DNA from: an uncultured Nostoc sp.
GTDB taxonomy: Bacteria; Cyanobacteriota; Cyanobacteriia; Cyanobacteriales; Nostocaceae
Reading direction: 5' to 3'
DNA: 64,000 nt
Assembly (NCBI RefSeq): GCF_964245445.1
Contig: NZ_CAXTNE010000006.1
Span: 3,909-67,908 of the forward strand
Of the stretch, positions 1-7,924 are shown piece by piece (the first letter of the stretch is position 1; each line of letters starts with the position of its first letter). The position numbers and the translations under genes were made by a program. The notes beneath the pieces are model-generated. The model saw nothing but the letters and a program-made list of their open reading frames with translations. It had not been told where the DNA came from and made no database searches.

Positions 1-268
1 TCTAAAACTTTTGCTGATGTCTTGTCGTGTCATGTCTAGAGGTGTCGGCACAATTATGCTAAATCATATTATGAAATTGGCTAAAAACAATAATGTTCGT
101 TTGCGGGCTGAGTTTATTTCAAATAATCGGAATCGCATGATGTACATATCTTATAAGTTTTCAGGCTTTCAGGAAGTTGATAAAAATGGAGATTTGCTGA
201 TTTTAGAAAATGATCTAAGTCGAATACAGCCTGTCCCTGAGTATGTGAATGTCAAAGTTATAAATTAA
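1..268 (+). CDS. FkbH-like HAD-IIIC glyceryl transferase/phosphatase, C-terminal fragment (5' end outside window)
   Basis: Frame is open from base 2. It contains LMSCRVMSRGVG and NRNRMMY, the FkbH C-terminal signature, and has no fused ACP after it. Confidence 0.85.
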   Translation, partial: LKLLLMSCRVMSRGVGTIMLNHIMKLAKNNNVRLRAEFISNNRNRMMYISYKFSGFQEVDKNGDLLILENDLSRIQPVPEYVNVKVIN

Positions 269-306
269 AAAATATTGCTGGTTTTTGTAGTTTGACAGGG
301 GAGATT

Positions 307-3300
307 ATGGATAAAAGAAAAGATGAAATTTCAAAACGACGGTCAAAGCTTTCACTCGTGCAGCAAGAGTTTCTCAAAAAGCGGTTACAAGGTGAAATTC
401 ACTCTGACTTTCAATTAGAAGTTATTCCAAAACGTTCCCAAATAAATCCGGCTCCCCTGTCCTTTGCTCAACAACGCTTATGGTTTTTGGCCCAGTTAGA
501 GCCAAACAGTCCTTTCTACAACATCCCTGCTGCTGTTCGTTTACAGGGACAATTGAATCTAGGAGCATTGCAACAAAGTTTCAACGAAATTATCAGTCGC
601 CATGAAGCGTTGCGAAGCAATTTCCAAACAATAGAAGGGCAAGCAATATCTGTCATTTCTGAAATGATGCCCTTAATATTACCAATATTTGATATTAGCG
701 AGCTACCTTTAAATCAACAAGAAGCTGAAGTCAGACAACAGGCTTCTCAAGAAGCACAAAAACCTTTTGCTCTCAACAGCGACTTGTTACTGAGAGCAAA
801 GCTGTTGAGACTTAGTAAACAAGAACATATATTATTACTGACAATGCACCACATTGTCTCTGACGGTTGGTCGATAGGTGTTATGGTGCGCGAATTAGCA
901 ACACTTTATCAAGCCTTCTGTAATGGACAACCCTCGCCGTTACCTGCACTACCAATACAGTATGTAGACTTCGCGGTTTGGCAAAGAGAATGGCTGCAAG
1001 GAGAAGTACTCGAAACTCAGATATCTTATTGGCTTAAGCACTTAGAGAACGCACCAAAAGTATTAGAGTTACCTACAGACCACCCAAGACCAGCAATTCA
1101 GACTTTCCGGGGTGCAACCTACTCATTTAAATTATCAAAAGAATTATCCGCATCCCTAAACAAATTAAGTGAGCAACAGGGAAGTACTTTATTTATGACT
1201 CTGTTAGCAGGTTTCCAAACACTGCTATGGCGTTATACGGGTAAGGAAGATATTGTGATCGGTTCAGCAATCGCTAACCGCAACCGAACAGAGATAGAAG
1301 GGTTAATTGGATTTTTTGTCAATACCTTGGTATTGAGAACTAACCTGGCAGGAAATCCCAGCTTTGAAGAACTACTAAAAAGGGTGCGGGAAGTAGCGTT
1401 AGGAGCTTATGCACATCAGGATTTGCCTTTTGAGTTGTTAGTTGAGCAACTGCAACCACAGCGAGACTTAAGCTATACACCATTATTTCAAGTGATGTTT
1501 GTGCTTCAGAATGCACCGATGTCTGCGTTAGAGTTGCCTGGTTTGACTTTAACTCCCTTAGAAAGCAGTAGTGATAGTGCCAAGTTTGATTTAACCTTAC
1601 AAATGACAGAAACAGAGGAGGGACTAGCTGGAAGCTTAGAATACAATACTGATTTATTTCAAGAAAGTACGATACATCGAATGGCGGGTCATTTGCAAAC
1701 GTTGCTTGAAGGAATTGTTGCTAATCCGCAGCAGCGTTTGTCGGAATTACCACTGTTGAGTGAATCTGAACGGCATCAATTGCTAGTGGAGTGGAATGAC
1801 ACTCAGGTTAATTATCCTCAAGATCAATGCATCCATCAGTTATTCGAGGCTCAAGTAGAACGCACACCTGATTCTATAGCAGTGGTGTTTGAAGACCAAC
1901 AGTTGACCTATGGGGAATTAAACACCAAAGCAAATCAACTAGCGCATTATTTGCAAACATTAGGAGTAAAACCAGAAGTATTAGTCGGGATTTGTGTAGA
2001 GCGATCGCTGTTAATGGCGATCGGACTATTAGCCATCCTGAAAGCAGGTGGTGCATATATACCATTAGACCACAGCTATCCTCAAGAACGCATTGCATTT
2101 ATACTAGAAGACACTCAAGCCCCAGTCTTGCTTACTCAAGAGTCGCTTCTTGAGGCGATGCCGCAACACAAAGCTAAAGTGGTTTGTTTAGATACCGATT
2201 GGCAGACAATCGCCCAACAAACCCAGGAAAATTTATTATCTCTTGTCAATAGTCAGAACTTAGCTTATATCATCTATACCTCAGGTTCAACAGGCAGACC
2301 AAAAGGTGTAATGATTCAACACGCAAACACAGTTGCAATGTTGGATTGGGCAAACAAAACCTTTGCGATGGAAGCTATGCAAGGAGTTTTAGCATCAACC
2401 TCAATTTGCTTCGATCTTTCGGTATTCGAGATATTTGTTCCTCTGTGTTGTGGTGGCAAAGTGATTTTAATCGAGAACGCACTCTTGTTACCAACTTCAT
2501 CAGTAGCCTTAGATGTAACCTTAATTAATACTGTCCCAAGTGTAATTTCACAGTTATTAAAAACTGATAGTATTCCAGCTTCAGTGCAGATTGTGAATGT
2601 CGCAGGTGAACCACTTCATAATAAACTTGTACAACAACTTTATCAGCAAGATAATATACAAAAAGTATTTAACCTATATGGACCTTCAGAAGATACAACT
2701 TATTCAACCTTTGCCTGCATACACAAGGATACCAGCAGCACTCCACCTATCGGTCGCCCGATTTACAACACCCAGATTTATTTATTAGATCAAAATTTAC
2801 AACCTGTTCCTGTAGGTGTAGCAGGGATGTTGTATATTGGTGGTGCAGGTTTAGCCCGTGGTTATCTAAACAAAGCGGAACTGACTGCCGAGAAATTTAT
2901 TCCCAATCCTTACGCCAACTTGCCAGGGGAACGGTTATATAAAACTGGAGATCAAGCACGCTATTTGCCTAATGGAGAGATCGAATATATTGGTCGCGTT
3001 GACTATCAAGTAAAAGTGCGTGGTTTTCGTATTGAACTGTTAGAAATTGAAGCAGTTATTATTCAACACCCAACAGTCCAAGAAGCTGTAGTTGTGGTTA
3101 ATTTTTCACAGGCGGATTCTCAACAAATAGTTGCCTATATAGTTCCACAAATAGAGCAAACGCTAACGATTTCTGAACTGCGTGGCTTTTTGGAGTCAAA
3201 GTTGCCAAGCTATATGGTGCCAGCAGCTTTTGTGATATTATCAGCACTACCATTAACACCTAATGGTAAGGTTGACCGTAAGGCACTACCTACACCTGAT

Positions 3301-5016
3301 ACAGCTAGACCTGAAGACAAAGAACTAGTAGCACCTCGTAATTACATAGAAGCCAAACTGACCGAAATTTGGGCAGGAGTGCTTGGTGTGGATAAAGTGG
3401 GTATTTTTGATAACTTTTTTGAGTTAGGTGGGGATTCTATCCTTGGCATTGTAGTTATTACCAGAGCCAACCAGGCTGGCCTAAAACTGGGAGTTAAACA
3501 ATTATTTCAAGCTCAAACAGTTGCTGGCTTGGCAAGTTTGGCAGTTACGAAAAAGGTAAACCAAACTGAACAAGGACTCATCACAGGTTTAGCCTCTCTC
3601 ACACCAATACAATACTGGTTTTTTGAACAGAATCTACTTGAACCTTACCACTGGAACCAAGCAGTTTTACTAGAAGTTAAACAAGTTCTTCATCTAACTA
3701 TATTAGAAAAATCTGTACAGCAACTACTGTTACACCATGATGTTCTTCGCTTACGTTTTGAGCAAACAGAGTCTGGTTGGCAGCAAATTATATCCAGCCC
3801 TGATACAGAATTACCCTTAATAAATTTTGATTTCTCTGCCCTGTCAGCAAGCAAACAAGAACTAGCCATCGAAACAGCTGCTACCAAATTACAAGCCAGT
3901 CTTAATCTCTCAACAGGCCCATTGATGCGAGTTGCTCTGTTCGACTTAGGGCATCGACCAAGCCGTTTGCTGATACTCATCCACCATTTAGCCGTAGATG
4001 GCGTTTCTTGGCGGATTTTACTGGAGGACTTGGAGACAGTATACCAACAGTTAAATCAAGGCAAGAAAGCGCAATTGCCAACAAAGACAACTTCGTTTAA
4101 ATATTGGTCGCAATGCTTACAGGAATATGCACAATCAGCTACCCTCCAGCAAGAATGGGACTATTGGCTGAGTCCGTCTTGGCAGCAGATTGCTCCTTTA
4201 CCAGTCGATTTTTCTAACGGCGACAATACTGTGGCGGAAGTTCGGAACATCTCAATTTTTCTGACTGTAGAACAGACTCAAGCCTTGCTAAAAGAAGTAC
4301 CAAAAGCTTATAATACACAAATTAATGATGTCTTGTTAACGGCATTAGTACAAGCTTTTTCTCAATGGACTAGCAACAGTTCTTTGTTGTTGGCTCTCGA
4401 AGGTCATGGGCGGGAAGAAATTTTCGATGATGTCGATTTGTCGCGCACAGTAGGTTGGTTTACCTCTGTTTTCCCTGTACTGTTAAATTTAGGAAAAACG
4501 TCTCATCCCGTAGAAGCGTTGAAAGTAGTAAAAGAGCAGCTGCGGGGCATTCCAAATAAGGGAATGGGCTATGGTGTACTACGTTACCTGAGTCAGGATA
4601 CTATGAGAGTAGAGTCACTGCGATCGCTTCCCCAAGCTGAGGTGATCTTCAATTACTTAGGTCAGTTCGATCAAACATTTTCGGACTCGTCAATATTTAA
4701 AATCTCTCATAAATCCCAAGGACAAACGCGCAGTTCGCAAAACTGCGAGACATATATGCTAAATATCGATGCTTTAGTAATTGATAACCAGTTAAGAGTG
4801 AATTGGGCGTACAGTGAAAAAATATATCGACGAAGTACTATTGAACGATTAGCGCAAGAGTTTTTGGAAGCATTGCAAGTACTCGTGACTCATTGTCAAT
4901 ACCCTGAAGACAGAGGATATACACCTTCTGATTTTCCAGAAGCAGACTTAATTCAACAAGACCTTGATCGGTTTTTAGAGAAAATCAACCGAGGGAGTAA
5001 AAATAAAACAACATGA
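307..5016 (+). CDS. NRPS module C-A(Ala)-T-E (D-Ala)
   Basis: C motif MHHIVSDGWS; A cores YTSGSTGRPKG and YKTGD; specificity code read by eye DLFNNALTYK (Ala-type); T motif GGDS; E motif HHLAVDGVSW; C-terminal COM TPSDFPEA. ATG at 307 follows GGGGAG, so it is preferred over TTG at 292. Confidence 0.95.
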   Translation: MDKRKDEISKRRSKLSLVQQEFLKKRLQGEIHSDFQLEVIPKRSQINPAPLSFAQQRLWFLAQLEPNSPFYNIPAAVRLQGQLNLGALQQSFNEIISRHEALRSNFQTIEGQAISVISEMMPLILPIFDISELPLNQQEAEVRQQASQEAQKPFALNSDLLLRAKLLRLSKQEHILLLTMHHIVSDGWSIGVMVRELATLYQAFCNGQPSPLPALPIQYVDFAVWQREWLQGEVLETQISYWLKHLENAPKVLELPTDHPRPAIQTFRGATYSFKLSKELSASLNKLSEQQGSTLFMTLLAGFQTLLWRYTGKEDIVIGSAIANRNRTEIEGLIGFFVNTLVLRTNLAGNPSFEELLKRVREVALGAYAHQDLPFELLVEQLQPQRDLSYTPLFQVMFVLQNAPMSALELPGLTLTPLESSSDSAKFDLTLQMTETEEGLAGSLEYNTDLFQESTIHRMAGHLQTLLEGIVANPQQRLSELPLLSESERHQLLVEWNDTQVNYPQDQCIHQLFEAQVERTPDSIAVVFEDQQLTYGELNTKANQLAHYLQTLGVKPEVLVGICVERSLLMAIGLLAILKAGGAYIPLDHSYPQERIAFILEDTQAPVLLTQESLLEAMPQHKAKVVCLDTDWQTIAQQTQENLLSLVNSQNLAYIIYTSGSTGRPKGVMIQHANTVAMLDWANKTFAMEAMQGVLASTSICFDLSVFEIFVPLCCGGKVILIENALLLPTSSVALDVTLINTVPSVISQLLKTDSIPASVQIVNVAGEPLHNKLVQQLYQQDNIQKVFNLYGPSEDTTYSTFACIHKDTSSTPPIGRPIYNTQIYLLDQNLQPVPVGVAGMLYIGGAGLARGYLNKAELTAEKFIPNPYANLPGERLYKTGDQARYLPNGEIEYIGRVDYQVKVRGFRIELLEIEAVIIQHPTVQEAVVVVNFSQADSQQIVAYIVPQIEQTLTISELRGFLESKLPSYMVPAAFVILSALPLTPNGKVDRKALPTPDTARPEDKELVAPRNYIEAKLTEIWAGVLGVDKVGIFDNFFELGGDSILGIVVITRANQAGLKLGVKQLFQAQTVAGLASLAVTKKVNQTEQGLITGLASLTPIQYWFFEQNLLEPYHWNQAVLLEVKQVLHLTILEKSVQQLLLHHDVLRLRFEQTESGWQQIISSPDTELPLINFDFSALSASKQELAIETAATKLQASLNLSTGPLMRVALFDLGHRPSRLLILIHHLAVDGVSWRILLEDLETVYQQLNQGKKAQLPTKTTSFKYWSQCLQEYAQSATLQQEWDYWLSPSWQQIAPLPVDFSNGDNTVAEVRNISIFLTVEQTQALLKEVPKAYNTQINDVLLTALVQAFSQWTSNSSLLLALEGHGREEIFDDVDLSRTVGWFTSVFPVLLNLGKTSHPVEALKVVKEQLRGIPNKGMGYGVLRYLSQDTMRVESLRSLPQAEVIFNYLGQFDQTFSDSSIFKISHKSQGQTRSSQNCETYMLNIDALVIDNQLRVNWAYSEKIYRRSTIERLAQEFLEALQVLVTHCQYPEDRGYTPSDFPEADLIQQDLDRFLEKINRGSKNKTT
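1783..3335 (+). repeat. 1553-bp direct repeat, copy 1 (entire Ala A domain); copy 2 at 16911-18463
   Basis: Identity starts at CTAGTGGAGTGGAATGAC and ends at GTAGCACC, offset 15128. Off-frame ORFs in the track are duplicated exactly (1874/17002, 2346/17474, 2597/17725). Confidence 0.95.
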
Positions 5017-6413
5017 AAGAAAATATCCAAGATATATATCCATTATCTCCGATACAGCATGGTATGCTTTTTCACAGTTTGCACGCTCCTGAAATGGAAC
5101 TATACCATGCACAAACCGTCTACACTTTCAGTGGCAATCTGAATCTTGCGGCTTTTAAATACGCTTGGCAGCAAGTAGCAACCCGACACACAATGTTGCG
5201 TACTAGCTTCTATTGGGAAGAATTGGATAAACCACTACAAGTTGTGCATCGGCAAGTAGAAGTACCTGTAGAATATCAAGACTGGCAGGAAATCAATCCA
5301 TTAGAACAGCAAGAGCGTTTACAGTCTTTTCTCAACAGCGATCGCCAGCGACGTTTTGATTTTTCCCAAGCACCTCTAATGCGTGTGGCTATCATCCAGA
5401 TTCAAGAACACGCTTACTACCTTGTTTGGAGTAGCAACCTGATCGTTCTAGATGGTTGGTCATATCCATTGGTATTAAATGATGTGATTGAAATTTATGA
5501 AGCTTATTGTCAGGGTGAGGATGCATCCTTAGCAGATGGCAGTTGCTTTAAAGATTATATCAAATGGCTCAAACAGCAGGATTCATCAAAAGCAGAGGAT
5601 TTCTGGCGACAGCATCTTAATGGAGTTAAAGAGGCTACTCCTTTAAGGAATTTAGAGTCAAACAATTTGTCCAACTTAGAACAACGATACGAGGATATAA
5701 AAATCAGTCTATCGGAAGCAACGACAAAGAATCTATATTTATTAGCAAGACAGCATCACCTCACCATGAGTACCCTAGTTCAGGGAGCTTGGGCTATACT
5801 TCTGTATCACTACAGTGGCAAAAATGATGTAGTCTATGGTTGTACTACTTCTGGTCGTCCAGTAGATTTACAAGGTTCAGAGTCAATGGTAGGGGAAATG
5901 GTTAATACCTTACCAGTAAATATCAAGGTAGATATGAATGAGTATTTATTACCTTGGCTTCAACAATTGCAAAATCAGTTAATAGATATTCGTGAATATG
6001 AATATTATCCATTGGTAGATATTCAAAAGTGCAGCGAAGTTCGGGGTAATGTAACCTTGTTTGAGAGCATAGTGGTGTTCGAGAACCAAAAAACAGGTAA
6101 ATTTCTGGAAGAATGGGGGAGTCTAAACATCTCTGAGAAAACTGAATATTACAAAACTAACTATCCTCTAACGATAGTTGGGTATCCTGGTTCAGAACTG
6201 ACAATTGGGATTAATTATGATTTTCGCCGCTTTGATGCTGCAACAATCATTAATATATTGGAGCATTTAAAAATATTGCTCGAAGGCATAGTGACGAATC
6301 CTAAAGTACGTCTTCAGGAGTTATTATTGCTTATAGAGCAAAAACTCCATATTAAATTATCAATGTTAGAAATAGAAATGTCATTGGATTTTGATTTTGT
6401 TTCCACAAATTAA
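5013..6413 (+). CDS. Stand-alone condensation domain (DCL-like) with degenerate active site
   Basis: Starts with acceptor-type IYPLSPIQHGMLFH. The active-site region reads WSSNLIVLDGWS instead of WSHHHxxxDGWS (codons 5427-5459). There is no A or T domain. Confidence 0.9.
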   Translation: MKENIQDIYPLSPIQHGMLFHSLHAPEMELYHAQTVYTFSGNLNLAAFKYAWQQVATRHTMLRTSFYWEELDKPLQVVHRQVEVPVEYQDWQEINPLEQQERLQSFLNSDRQRRFDFSQAPLMRVAIIQIQEHAYYLVWSSNLIVLDGWSYPLVLNDVIEIYEAYCQGEDASLADGSCFKDYIKWLKQQDSSKAEDFWRQHLNGVKEATPLRNLESNNLSNLEQRYEDIKISLSEATTKNLYLLARQHHLTMSTLVQGAWAILLYHYSGKNDVVYGCTTSGRPVDLQGSESMVGEMVNTLPVNIKVDMNEYLLPWLQQLQNQLIDIREYEYYPLVDIQKCSEVRGNVTLFESIVVFENQKTGKFLEEWGSLNISEKTEYYKTNYPLTIVGYPGSELTIGINYDFRRFDAATIINILEHLKILLEGIVTNPKVRLQELLLLIEQKLHIKLSMLEIEMSLDFDFVSTN

Positions 6414-6614
6414 ATAGCTAGATAAAGCTTAAAAAATAAAAGTTAGCAAAAAAAATATTTCCAATATTTTAATATTGATTTATTTATAATTAGAGAAAAA
6501 GAAGGGGTTTTTGGCTTTTAGCGATCGCTTGTTTGACCCGAAGATTTTTTTGAAGGAAAACCCCAGATTCAGCAATACCAGATTAATGTATTTTGTAATT
6601 TAAATAGAAAACTC

Positions 6615-7871
6615 ATGAATATATTTGAAAAGCGTGAATCAAATGTCAGAAGCTATTGCCGCAATTTTACCGCAATCTTTCATAGAGCTAAAGGTTCTAT
6701 AATTTATTCTGAATCAGGTAAAGAATATATTGATTTTTTAGCAGGAGCAGGTGCTTTAAATTATGGACATAATCACGACTATATCAAAGAAAAGGTGATC
6801 TCATACTTAGATGCCGATGGAATAACACATGGTTTGGATATGTATACTTCGGCTAAGGAGAAATTTTTAGCCAAGTTTGATGAGGTAATACTAAGTTCAA
6901 CAAAACTAGATTATCGCATTCAGTTTTGTGGACCAACAGGAACAAATGCAGTTGAAGCTGCTTTAAAACTAGCGAGAAAAATCAAACGAAGAACAGGCAT
7001 ATTTTCCTTCATGGGAGCATATCACGGAATGACTTTAGGGAGCCTATCGATTAGTGGCAACATCGAAATTAGAGCAGGCACAATTGGTACATCAAGTAAT
7101 GTAAATTTTATGCCTTATCCCTATGGATTCATGGAGAGTTTTGACACAATAGAATATATAAATTCTGTTTTAAATGATGTCAAGTCCGGAATTGAAAAAC
7201 CAGCAGCAATAATCTTTGAAACAGTGCAGGCTGAAGGTGGAGTTGTTGTAGCTCCCATTGAGTGGATGCAAAGACTAAGAAGGTTATGTGACGAGAATGA
7301 TATTTTATTAATCTGCGATGATATTCAGGTTGGCTGTGGTCGAACAGGCTCTTTCTTTTCCTTTGAAAGAGCAGATATTGTTCCCGATATGGTAGTACTT
7401 TCTAAATCTATTAGCGGGTACGGGTTTCCAATGTCACTATTATTGATTAAACCAGAATTGGATATATGGGAACCAGGTGAGCATAATGGTACTTTTCGGG
7501 GTAATCAATTGGCATTTATAGGAGCAACAGCGGCTCTAGAGTATAGAGAAAGTAGCAATCTCGAACAAGATGTCAAAGCCAAAGAACTTTTTTTGAAAAA
7601 TTTTCTCACTCAGCAAATAGCACCAATTAGTGAAAAGATAGCAATACGTGGAATTGGTATGATTTGGGGTATTGATTTAAAAAGTTTTGGCGGCAATAGT
7701 TTTGCTAAAAGTATAACATCACGTTGTTTTGAGCTAGGATTAATAGTTGAACGCGCAGGTAGAAATGATACTGTAATTAAAATTTTGCCCCCTTTGGTAA
7801 TTGATATGTCTACCTTAGAAAAAGGTTGTTCAATTATCAAAGAAGCTTTTAATGACTGCATGTCAAATTAA
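6615..7871 (+). CDS. Diaminobutyrate--2-oxoglutarate transaminase (EctB/Dat-like class III aminotransferase)
   Basis: ESNVRSYCRNF N-terminus, GPTGTNAVEAALKLARK, ETVQAEGG, DDIQVGCGRTG, PLP lysine in LSKSISG. Confidence 0.92.
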   Translation: MNIFEKRESNVRSYCRNFTAIFHRAKGSIIYSESGKEYIDFLAGAGALNYGHNHDYIKEKVISYLDADGITHGLDMYTSAKEKFLAKFDEVILSSTKLDYRIQFCGPTGTNAVEAALKLARKIKRRTGIFSFMGAYHGMTLGSLSISGNIEIRAGTIGTSSNVNFMPYPYGFMESFDTIEYINSVLNDVKSGIEKPAAIIFETVQAEGGVVVAPIEWMQRLRRLCDENDILLICDDIQVGCGRTGSFFSFERADIVPDMVVLSKSISGYGFPMSLLLIKPELDIWEPGEHNGTFRGNQLAFIGATAALEYRESSNLEQDVKAKELFLKNFLTQQIAPISEKIAIRGIGMIWGIDLKSFGGNSFAKSITSRCFELGLIVERAGRNDTVIKILPPLVIDMSTLEKGCSIIKEAFNDCMSN

Positions 7872-7924
7872 ATTGGCATACTAATATTTATAACTCAGCA
7901 AGTAATTTATTATCACGAAACAAT

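Noticed and set aside
6615-7871. Ectoine biosynthesis operon (ectB)
   Set aside because: No ectA or ectC nearby; the gene sits inside an NRPS operon next to a Dab-coded A domain.
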